In this document: positions 42,152-50,420 of the stretch, one piece after another
How positions within the stretch are numbered: the stretch's first letter is position 1
Layout: every line of letters starts with the position of its first letter
Source of the DNA: Candidatus Limnocylindrales bacterium
GTDB taxonomy: Bacteria; Moduliflexota; Moduliflexia; Moduliflexales; JAUQPW01
Length of the DNA stretch: 58,820 bases
Direction of reading: 5' to 3'
Assembly (NCBI GenBank): GCA_035559535.1
Contig: DATMBG010000043.1
Coordinates: forward strand, 124,001-182,820
Notes under the pieces: model-generated
Told to the model about the DNA's origin: nothing
The model's input: only the letters and a program-made list of their open reading frames with translations
The model's database searches: none
Position numbers and translations under genes: made by a program

Positions 42152-43678
42152 ATGGAAAAGCAAAGATTTTACAAAAGAAGTAAAGTATCTTACGTTTTGT
42201 TTTTTATCATTTGCGTTGGATCTTTCACCTGCTCCCTTTTGCCTGTTGCCTTGGAAGTCTTTCTTTTACCCTCTATTTCGCAGGCTCAGGAAAGGTCTCC
42301 AACTTCTCGGGTCCAAAAGCCAAAGTATGTTCCCGGTGAGGTTATTATCAAATTGAAGTCGGAGGCCGTGGTTTCAAAGCAAAAGATGATGGAACGGCCA
42401 ACCGAAACGGGGAACAGAATGTTAGATTTCCTCAATAGCAAGTATCAGGTACGTGCCGTTGAACCTGTATTTAAGCAGAGAGCCCAGGAGTCCAGAACCC
42501 TGATAGCAGATGAACTTTCCAATGTTTTAAAACTGAAAATTGATGAGAGCAAGGATGTAGAAGCGGCTGCCCGGGAATATGCGGGATTGGAAGAGGTAGA
42601 ATATGCCGAGCCGAACTATTTTTATTTTATTTCGGCTATTCCAGATGATGCCTTCTTTTCCCTCCAATATGGTCTCCAAACAACTGATAAGAATGGAATT
42701 GATGCCGTGGAAGCCTGGGATCTGGAAAGGGGAAGTTCTAACGTAATTATCGGAATTGTGGATTCCGGTGTGGATTATAATCACGAAGACCTGGCAGGTA
42801 AAGTCCTCAAAGGTTCTGATTTTGTAAATAACGATGAAGATCCCATGGATGATAACGGACATGGAACCCATGTCAGTGGGATTGCAGCGGCTATTTCCAA
42901 TAATCATAAGGGAATTGCAGGGGTTTGCTGGAATTGCAAGATTTTAGCAGTCAAGTCGGTAGATATGGATGGTTCAGGTGCCAATACCTGGATTGCCAAC
43001 GGTATTACTTATGCCGTCGATCACGGAGCCCGGGTCATTAATCTAAGCTTAGGAGGATCCAATCCGTCGAGGACTATGGAGCTATCCATTCAAGATGCCT
43101 ATCGTCGTGGTGCCGTGATTGTAGCTGCAAGTGGGAATGATAATTCAAATACGGTGGAATATCCGGCGGCATTTCCTGAGGTTATTGCCGTTGGAGCTAC
43201 CAATCAACAAGGCATAAAGGCCGGTTTTTCCAATTACGGAGCTTATCTCAGCGTAGTCGCTCCCGGTCAGGCCATTTATAGCTCTCTTCCCAACAATAGA
43301 TATCAGGCCTGGAGCGGGACTTCCATGGCAACCCCCCACGTTGCAGGCCTGGTAGGTTTGATTCTTTCCAAAAATCCCTCTTTATCTAATACTCAGGTAC
43401 GGTCTATCTTAACTTCCACGGCAGACGATCTGGGAGATCCGGGAAGAGACGATTTTTTTGGCTTCGGTCGAATCAATGCCTTTAGAGCCCTCACAGAAGC
43501 TACCAAACCAGGTTCGGGGGGTTCTCCGACTCCTACACCGCCTTCCTCTTCCCTTCCGCCACCTCCCGGTAAAACGACCCCTGGGATCTGTGGGCCCTTT
43601 CTTCATACCCTGGGGGCTATATTTTTTTTGATCGCCGGCTGGAAATTTTGGAATCGAGACCGTCGGTGTAAGAGGTAA
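42152..43678 (+). CDS. Exported subtilisin-like S8 serine protease with propeptide, Pro-rich linker and a Cys-containing C-terminal sorting signal
   Basis: Catalytic motifs DSG, HGTHVSG and GTSMATPHVAG. YVPGEVIIK and YAEPNY propeptide. Tail GICGPFLHTLGAIFFLIAGWKFWNRDRRCKR. Confidence 0.93.
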   Translation: MEKQRFYKRSKVSYVLFFIICVGSFTCSLLPVALEVFLLPSISQAQERSPTSRVQKPKYVPGEVIIKLKSEAVVSKQKMMERPTETGNRMLDFLNSKYQVRAVEPVFKQRAQESRTLIADELSNVLKLKIDESKDVEAAAREYAGLEEVEYAEPNYFYFISAIPDDAFFSLQYGLQTTDKNGIDAVEAWDLERGSSNVIIGIVDSGVDYNHEDLAGKVLKGSDFVNNDEDPMDDNGHGTHVSGIAAAISNNHKGIAGVCWNCKILAVKSVDMDGSGANTWIANGITYAVDHGARVINLSLGGSNPSRTMELSIQDAYRRGAVIVAASGNDNSNTVEYPAAFPEVIAVGATNQQGIKAGFSNYGAYLSVVAPGQAIYSSLPNNRYQAWSGTSMATPHVAGLVGLILSKNPSLSNTQVRSILTSTADDLGDPGRDDFFGFGRINAFRALTEATKPGSGGSPTPTPPSSSLPPPPGKTTPGICGPFLHTLGAIFFLIAGWKFWNRDRRCKR

Positions 43679-44388
43679 AACAAGGCTATCATCATAATTC
43701 CCAGAGAGATCAATTGGGGGATTGTAAAACCTAGGGGAAGTTTTTCCTCTGAAGGTCTATAGAAATCTACACCGAAACGGATGAGGGAAGATAAAAAGAG
43801 GTAAGTGAGAAGCAGGGAACCGGAAGGGATGGACAATTGCCGATAATTGCTTGCCATGTAGGATAGTAATGGAAGGAGGAGAAGGTTAAGACCTGCCTCA
43901 TAAAGTTGAATAGGATGTCGAACAGCGCCGTTTATTGTAATCCCCCAGGGAACCGTTGTGATAATTCCGGAATCGCACCCATTCATCAGGCATCCTATGC
44001 GCATAATGGGTAAAGCTAAAGCCAGACCCGGGGCCAGGGTATCCCCTACCTTCCAGATATCCAAACCACGCCTTCGAGCCAGGTATAAAACTGTCACTCC
44101 AGAAGCTATCAGTCCGCCCTGAAAGGATAGTCCTCCCCCCTCCAGGGTTAAAATCTGGGTGGGATAAAGGCGGTAGTAGGACCAATTTAAAAGGACAAAA
44201 AGCAAGCGAGCCCCTAAAACGGCAATCAAAAATCCCCAGAAGGTTGCATCCACAACCACATCTCGAGGAATCGATAATCTCCTCGCATACCGGAGTGCCA
44301 ACCAGAGTCCGGCCAGACAAGCAACGACCAGCAATACCGTTTGGGTATATAAAGCAAAGCCTCCTATGTTGAATAAAACAGGATACAT
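43603..44388 (-). CDS. lgt: Divergent prolipoprotein diacylglyceryl transferase (Lgt family)
   Basis: MYPVLF, GARL, GGLSFQGG, RIGC..NGC..G, PWG, HPIQLYE, RF.VDFYR. Confidence 0.88.
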   Translation of the reverse strand: MYPVLFNIGGFALYTQTVLLVVACLAGLWLALRYARRLSIPRDVVVDATFWGFLIAVLGARLLFVLLNWSYYRLYPTQILTLEGGGLSFQGGLIASGVTVLYLARRRGLDIWKVGDTLAPGLALALPIMRIGCLMNGCDSGIITTVPWGITINGAVRHPIQLYEAGLNLLLLPLLSYMASNYRQLSIPSGSLLLTYLFLSSLIRFGVDFYRPSEEKLPLGFTIPQLISLGIMMIALFYLLHRRSRFQNFQPAIKKNIAPRV

Positions 44389-44419
44389 GAAGAGAATCCT
44401 GAACTATACTTTTTTGGAC

Positions 44420-44580
44420 AGGGGGACGCGGAGACGCGGGGGATAATGGGGTATGGTAAGATGGTAAGACAGAGAATTCTGTCTCCATATCTCCCACTCT
44501 CCGTGTCTCCCACTCCCCACATCTCCGTGTCCCCGCGTCCCCGCGTTCCCCCCCCCCCGTGTCTTCCACCCCCCGTGTCA
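44420..44580. repeat. Octamer-based imperfect palindrome (GGAGACGC / GCGTCCCC-type units)
   Basis: G-rich units, a GACAGAGAATTCTGTC centre, then C-rich CC(G/C)(T/C)GTC units. Confidence 0.75.
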
Positions 44581-44601
44581 CTGTCTACTGCCCACGATCC
44601 A

Positions 44602-46005
44602 TTACCTATTGTTTTTGATTCGGTGCCGTATAAATACCCGGAAGGGAACTAAAACACCGGCCAGTACTATCAGATTGGCTCCGGTAGAATAAGTGGTATT
44701 ACTGCTTAAAAATGGACCGAAGCAGGTAGAGCCTTGATAAGGTCGGGTTTCAGGTCTTTCTAACTCCTGGGCTAAAGCGTTGGCCTCTCCTATTAAAGGA
44801 GCACCTTCTGTGATATGATAAATATAGCTTTGAATGGCAAACTCCGAGAAACCCTTTTCATTTCCTACGCGAATAACCCGCTCCAGACGCCTGTCATGAT
44901 TCACAACGTTGGTATAAACTGTATTTTGTGTTGGATTGGGACCGGCACTACGGGTACGGTAAACCCGAATAAATTGGGTAAAATTGGTTGTGTTAGGGTC
45001 GACAAAAAAGGAAATATCTTCACCCATAACAACCTGGGGGGCCTGACGGTCCAAAGATTCTAAAATATCTCCGGCACTCAGGGTTACTTCACGCGGTACA
45101 ACCGTTGGATTAGAGGTAGAAAAGGTGACAATCAGTGCACCTCCGCCGCCGCCTGGGAGTGGGGTAGCACTTGGTGGAATGAGCTCAGGAAAAGAAGCTT
45201 CCCAAATAGGTTGGGCACCTGCACTCAAGGTAGATACCCTCTGAAAGAGATAGAACAGAGCATCCTGGACATCGGTGTAAAGGGAATTTAACTTTTGTCC
45301 GGTTCGAATTAACTGCTCCGCATCGTACTCATGATCTATTACCTTACGGTAGATAAGGGAAGGAATTCTCGAATCTCGCGGAGTAACCACAAGATCTCGG
45401 GTCGTAACTCCGCCCTGAACTTGAGGGGAAGATGAATAGGTACCGGAATAGGGTGGATAGGTTCCCCCCGGATAGGATCCCGGGGGAGAAGACGGATAAG
45501 TTCCGGGGGGATAAGGTTGATAACCCGGATAAGGCTGATAAATTCCTCCTGGATAGGACCCCGGAGGAGGAGGTAAAGAAGAAGTACCCCCTAAAGCGGC
45601 AGTGTCGATCACATAGACTGTTACATCGATCTTGGACCTTCGGTTATGGGGGGGTAACTTAAACCGCACATCTTCTCCGATGAGTAAATCAAAAGTTTTT
45701 ACAAGATCATCCAGGATGACCCCTTCAATGGCAAGATTGAGGGCATTAATATTATCTAATCTAACCCGATCTCCGGTTTCTAAAACAAAAGATTGCTCCC
45801 TGGGTTCCGGATTAAATACAAAAAGCTGGGCATGGTCATTCCCCCGGATCCATTCCAGATGCCAGTCTATGACAGCATGAGCCCGGGATGGGAGTAAAGT
45901 TATTCCTATCAGGAGACCTGTTAAACCGAAGTAAAAACAATGGCGGAATCTACCAGGAATTTTAATTGAGAATAGCTTAAAAATTTTTATATGGCAGGCC
46001 CTCAT
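44602..46005 (-). CDS. Exported hypothetical protein with an internally duplicated domain, a Pro/Tyr/Gly-rich insert and a Cys-containing C-terminal sorting signal
   Basis: Signal peptide ending SRAHA. PGSYPGG repeats. Tail GSTCFGPFLSSNTTYSTGANLIVLAGVLVPFRVFIRHRIKNNR. Confidence 0.8.
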   Translation of the reverse strand: MRACHIKIFKLFSIKIPGRFRHCFYFGLTGLLIGITLLPSRAHAVIDWHLEWIRGNDHAQLFVFNPEPREQSFVLETGDRVRLDNINALNLAIEGVILDDLVKTFDLLIGEDVRFKLPPHNRRSKIDVTVYVIDTAALGGTSSLPPPPGSYPGGIYQPYPGYQPYPPGTYPSSPPGSYPGGTYPPYSGTYSSSPQVQGGVTTRDLVVTPRDSRIPSLIYRKVIDHEYDAEQLIRTGQKLNSLYTDVQDALFYLFQRVSTLSAGAQPIWEASFPELIPPSATPLPGGGGGALIVTFSTSNPTVVPREVTLSAGDILESLDRQAPQVVMGEDISFFVDPNTTNFTQFIRVYRTRSAGPNPTQNTVYTNVVNHDRRLERVIRVGNEKGFSEFAIQSYIYHITEGAPLIGEANALAQELERPETRPYQGSTCFGPFLSSNTTYSTGANLIVLAGVLVPFRVFIRHRIKNNR

Positions 46006-46191
46006 GCGCTTTCTCCTTTATTTTAAATAGGTTGCAAAGTATAAGCAAAACTATAGATATTATGATAAGTTGAGGCGATAACTTAACAATGAAAGACCTT
46101 AAAGTCAAGCAAAAATTACTGTAAATTGTTTGACAATCTCCTTATTTTGCGTAAAAATTTTATATATTATCCTGTTTCTCACGGAAACTAT

Positions 46192-46746
46192 ATGACCTTC
46201 TTACTGCTTACCTTGGGAATTCTCCAGAGTGTTCTTTTGCAAATTCCCTTTTCTCAGAGGGTTTTGGTCGATAAAATTGTAGCTATCGTTCAAAATACTG
46301 ACATTATCACCTGGAGTGAATTGAGAGAAGCGGCAAATTCTAAATCTTTAGGATTTTTACTCGATCTTCAGGGAACTCCCGATGAAAAGAAGGTTCTTGA
46401 ATATTTGATAGAAAATAGGTTGATATTACATGAAATTGGTTATCTTTCCCATCGGAATGTGGAACCTATCGAGCTAGAGGTTGCTTTGAGATGGATAATA
46501 AAAGCCTATATTCAGCCGGGTCATTCTCTTCTTACCCGGGAGGAATTCCAAAAAGCCTTAGAAGAAAAAGGCATTTCCACCCAGGAACTGAAGCAATTAC
46601 TGGAACCTCAACTCCGTGGAATAGAGTATATCCGAAGAAAAAATCGCTTTACAGCGGATATTCAAGATCCCGAAAAGGTTTTAGAACTCTTTGAAAACTG
46701 GATCGAGGAACTTAAAAAGCAAGGAGAGATCCAGTATCCTGAGTAA
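46192..46746 (+). CDS. SurA N-terminal-like periplasmic chaperone, no PPIase domain
   Basis: Signal-like N-terminus, VLVDKIVAIV...IITWSEL, LEYLIENRLIL, EEFQKALEEKGIS. Confidence 0.65.
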   Translation: MTFLLLTLGILQSVLLQIPFSQRVLVDKIVAIVQNTDIITWSELREAANSKSLGFLLDLQGTPDEKKVLEYLIENRLILHEIGYLSHRNVEPIELEVALRWIIKAYIQPGHSLLTREEFQKALEEKGISTQELKQLLEPQLRGIEYIRRKNRFTADIQDPEKVLELFENWIEELKKQGEIQYPE

Positions 46747-47895
46747 ATGATACCTGAATCTTTAAAGAAAGGGTTTAACCTGACTCTACAAAATTGGCCT
46801 TTGATTTTAATTCAGATCCTTCTCAATGGCGCTCTAACCTTAGCCATTGGGATCCCGGCTCAACTGGGTAAGGCTTATTTCCTTAATGAATGGGAGAAAG
46901 TTTTTAACCAGGCAAGTATAAATTTGCTGAAGGCTCTACAAGAACTTCTGGTATTCTTAAAAGAACGTTTAGATGTCTTTCTTGCCCTGGGGTTTTATCT
47001 TTTCTCCATGCTTTTAATCTGGAGTATTTTGTTATTTTTCATTCAAGGTGGAATTCGAGGAATTCTTAAAGATGCCCTGTTTGCGGGGATGGGAATGAAT
47101 CCCCGGGATCGGTTAAGTCCCTTTTCTACAAAAAGTGAGTCGCCTACTTATCCGGAGGGCTTTATTCAGGAGAACCGCCAGGAAGTTTTTCCATTTTTAA
47201 AAGAGCTTGAACGTTCGGAGTCGTCTCTATCGGGCTATTCCTCAGACGGCCTGGAAAAAATTCGGTTATCTGGCCAGCCAGCCTTTAAAATGAGGCGCTT
47301 TATAAGATATGGAGTTTATTTCCTCCTCCGGATGCTGGCCTTACAAGCCTGGTTAGGTCTCATCTTAATTCTCTCATTGGGAATTCTGCTGGCTTCATCC
47401 TCTCTGGCCTTTTATCTTTTGAATCAATCCACAGAATTTGAACAAGGGGTTGGGATGATGATTCTAGGATCTGCCTCATTTTTGTTCTTTTTACTGTTCA
47501 TAGGGATCATACTGGCTCAGCCTTACGCCAGCATTATTATTGTTCTAAAAGACCTCCGGAGTTTTAGAGGTCTCAGGCAGGGTATCCGGTTTGTAATGGA
47601 TCATCTGGAAGGGGTTTTAGGATTATTTTTCATATTTTTAGGGCTTCTGGGAGTACTCACGTTGATGCTGGAACTGGGAGACGTGACGGTAACCTATGTG
47701 GTGGGATCCATTCTTTCAGAGAAAAACCCGTTATTTAAGGTGATCTTTTTAATCCTGACGTACCTGATCTGGAACTTTTTCCAATCGTTCATACAGCTCT
47801 TTGCTTTAGGTTCCCAGATGAGTTATTATGCCCTGAGTCAACGGGCTTATACGAATCCCTCTCATCTTGTTTCTTCGGATCAAACAGAGCTTTAG
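46747..47895 (+). CDS. Multi-pass membrane protein of unknown function
   Basis: About 6 hydrophobic segments with a hydrophilic loop near aa 115-180. Confidence 0.75.
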   Translation: MIPESLKKGFNLTLQNWPLILIQILLNGALTLAIGIPAQLGKAYFLNEWEKVFNQASINLLKALQELLVFLKERLDVFLALGFYLFSMLLIWSILLFFIQGGIRGILKDALFAGMGMNPRDRLSPFSTKSESPTYPEGFIQENRQEVFPFLKELERSESSLSGYSSDGLEKIRLSGQPAFKMRRFIRYGVYFLLRMLALQAWLGLILILSLGILLASSSLAFYLLNQSTEFEQGVGMMILGSASFLFFLLFIGIILAQPYASIIIVLKDLRSFRGLRQGIRFVMDHLEGVLGLFFIFLGLLGVLTLMLELGDVTVTYVVGSILSEKNPLFKVIFLILTYLIWNFFQSFIQLFALGSQMSYYALSQRAYTNPSHLVSSDQTEL

Positions 47896-47900
47896 TATCG

Positions 47901-48043
47901 GTATCCATTTGGTAGGTGGAAGAAGAAACATCCCCTGGCTCCCCTCCAGGGGGGATTCAGCAGCAGCCACCCCACGTCAGTCCCCCCTGGAGGGGAGCCA
48001 GGGGGTGTTCAGACAGAAAAAGTGACACCTACTAAATGGTTAC
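47901..48043. repeat. Nested inverted repeat, MITE/REPIN-like
   Basis: Inner 29-bp IR (47927-47955 / 47981-48009) with one mismatch. Outer IR GTATCCATTTGGTAGGTG / CACCTACTAAATGGTTAC. Confidence 0.85.
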
Positions 48044-48066
48044 AGTTACCAATCTTTAAAACCACC

Positions 48067-48095
48067 TTGACAGTCAAATTACTTTAGTGTATACA
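48067..48095 (+). promoter_or_regulatory. Putative sigma70 promoter
   Basis: TTGACA-17 nt-TATACA upstream of the TonB-domain gene. Confidence 0.5.
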
Positions 48096-48145
48096 GAGTT
48101 AAGGAAGGTTTTTCATTATTAATTGAATCGACAGGAGTTGATAGT

Positions 48146-50416
48146 TTGAAGTCTTTTCTTCAAAATCACTTATTCGGTGTGGCTTTACTCATCTCTCTGG
48201 CTCTACATGTCGCCTTTATCCTGGCTATTCCCAGTGTTCAGGTAGTTCCTTCCACTTCGGAGGAATATACAGAAGTCCGGTTGATAGAGTCGGAAGAGGT
48301 CCGGGAGCCTGCTTCTTCTCAGCAAGATCTGTTAATAGGTGTTCAGGGTGTGACTGGTCCCATAACCCGGGAGGTACCCACCGATCTGGATGTAAAAGAG
48401 CCGGAGGGGCCCGTACCTGTTAGAAAACCAGATCTTTTGGCTAAAACTGAAGAAGCTCAGCCCCCAGATATCCAGCGAAGGGCTTCCGAAGATACTCCGA
48501 GAGAAAAACAACTTTCTCCTTCTCTGCCATTGAAGTCTTTACCCGAACAACCCTCTCTATCTGAAAGGTTTACACAAAAGTCCCAAAAAGATTCTGTAGC
48601 TGGTCTGGAAGAATCCACAGATAAAGAAATACCTCCCTTGAAGGATTCTGTTTCTACAGTACCGGAACAAAACCTAAAGCCTGATCTCAAACGGCCGGGT
48701 TTAGTCCTTCCTACTCAAGATCCTGTTCCGGCTGTTTCGGCACCAGAATTGATCACGAATCTTGCGGAGAAGGTACCCACACCCCAAAAGGAAGAGGGTG
48801 CTAAAGCACAAATATCGGACAATCCCGTATCGAACTCTGAGTTGGCCCAATCAAAATCCGAAAGTAAAGTGACCCGGGATGAAGTCTTACAGAGTCAGGC
48901 ATCGGACAAAGAAATTCCTCAACTCAAAGACATGGCCTCGATCCAATTAGAAAAAACGGCCTTGAAGCAAGAAACCCTGAGATCTCCGAAACCAGAGTCG
49001 AGTTTGGAGGATATTTTGCCTCCGGTCCGTTTACCTTCAGAAACCGTTTCCCGGCCGACCAGGAACGAGCCTGTTCTGAAACGGGAAAGCTTGGAGCAAA
49101 TTCAAATTGCGCAAAGTGCTACCCAACTGGAAAATAAGTCGGATATTCAGGTCAACAAGGAAGATCCTTCCTCAAAATCTGTAGAAGAGACCAAAGAAAC
49201 CCCTACTTCTAAAGACAGAACTCCTGTTAAATCAGAAGATTCTCTAACCCAGAAACTTTTGAAATCTCCGGAGGTTAAATCAAAACCGGAAGAGTTACTA
49301 TCTCCTGCTACCCGGTCGGTTAAGGTACCTCCTCCGGTAACAGGAAAAGAGCCGGTTCTAGAGCAGGAAGACTCAAAGCAAGCCCAGATCAAACAGAACT
49401 CTCTGGAACCAGAAAAGAAAGTAGACATTCAAATCAACAGAGATAGCCTCGATTTAAAGCCTGGGGAAGGGAGTAAGGAAACCCCAACGGTTAAAGATAA
49501 AAATTTAGTGGTGGCAGAAACTGTCCCTGCTATTTCTGCGGAGATAAATTTGAAAGGAGGGCCGCAGACTTTACTTAAAGAACCCGCACCGGTTACGCAA
49601 CCTCCCTCTAAGATTCCTGATTTGATTAAAGATCCCCGGGCTCCGGCCCAGATTCCGGAAGGTCCCCAAAAGCAAAAGATGGTTGAGACCCTTGAAGGAT
49701 CTCAAGGGATCAGGCCAGAATCCGGATGGGAACGTAAATCTCCCCTATCAGAACCCGGCGAGAATTCCAAAGAAGTTCCCGATACCCAAGATTCCACGAA
49801 TTCGATTCCATCGGTTCCTATCGCCAAGAAAATAACCCCTGCTCCTCCAGCAATTTCAGATAAGTTACCCCTCGGGGAAACTACCGTATCCCGTGCAGAG
49901 TCTAAGATTACATCCTTTCCCAATCAGGGCTTACCTTCTGATTCCGGCCTCTCTAAGCGAGCTTTAGAGGTGCAGGTCTTTAATTCCGGCGAGTTTAATA
50001 AAAGTTCCTTTGGAATTCCAGTACCTAAAGAAGAAGCTAAGCGGCTGGATTCTTTGGAAAAAAAGGAGCCGGATTCCCTTCCTCAACTTACGGAAGATTT
50101 ACAGCATCGGGAAGTTCCTTTACCTAAAGGGTTTCCTATTAAATCCCAGATTCAGGGTCCGGCCGGGTCTCGGGAGATTATTTACCAGCCTCCTCCACCT
50201 AAAGTAAATATCGATGTGGAAGGAGAAGTGGTGTTACAGTTCTGGATTCAACCGGATGGAAGTGTCGGTAGGGTCATTCCACGTCAGAAAGTAGATACCC
50301 GGTTAGAACAGGCGGCAATCAGTTATATTCAAAAATGGAGATTTGCCCCCTTGCCGGAAAATGTCGCCCAGGAAGAGCAATGGGGCACTATTTCTATTAA
50401 ATATAAGCTCCGGTAG
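48146..50416 (+). CDS. TonB-family energy transducer with a very long repetitive spacer
   Basis: N-terminal TM ISLALH (SxxxH), about 620 aa P/E/K/S-rich spacer, TonB_C (EGEVVLQFWIQPDGSV...AAISYIQKWRFAP). TTG start after AGGAG. Confidence 0.85.
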   Translation: MKSFLQNHLFGVALLISLALHVAFILAIPSVQVVPSTSEEYTEVRLIESEEVREPASSQQDLLIGVQGVTGPITREVPTDLDVKEPEGPVPVRKPDLLAKTEEAQPPDIQRRASEDTPREKQLSPSLPLKSLPEQPSLSERFTQKSQKDSVAGLEESTDKEIPPLKDSVSTVPEQNLKPDLKRPGLVLPTQDPVPAVSAPELITNLAEKVPTPQKEEGAKAQISDNPVSNSELAQSKSESKVTRDEVLQSQASDKEIPQLKDMASIQLEKTALKQETLRSPKPESSLEDILPPVRLPSETVSRPTRNEPVLKRESLEQIQIAQSATQLENKSDIQVNKEDPSSKSVEETKETPTSKDRTPVKSEDSLTQKLLKSPEVKSKPEELLSPATRSVKVPPPVTGKEPVLEQEDSKQAQIKQNSLEPEKKVDIQINRDSLDLKPGEGSKETPTVKDKNLVVAETVPAISAEINLKGGPQTLLKEPAPVTQPPSKIPDLIKDPRAPAQIPEGPQKQKMVETLEGSQGIRPESGWERKSPLSEPGENSKEVPDTQDSTNSIPSVPIAKKITPAPPAISDKLPLGETTVSRAESKITSFPNQGLPSDSGLSKRALEVQVFNSGEFNKSSFGIPVPKEEAKRLDSLEKKEPDSLPQLTEDLQHREVPLPKGFPIKSQIQGPAGSREIIYQPPPPKVNIDVEGEVVLQFWIQPDGSVGRVIPRQKVDTRLEQAAISYIQKWRFAPLPENVAQEEQWGTISIKYKLR

Positions 50417-50420
50417 GAGC

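Noticed and set aside
43898-44581. 227-aa minus-strand ORF overlapping lgt
   Set aside because: It begins inside the octamer repeat and overlaps the well-supported lgt frame.
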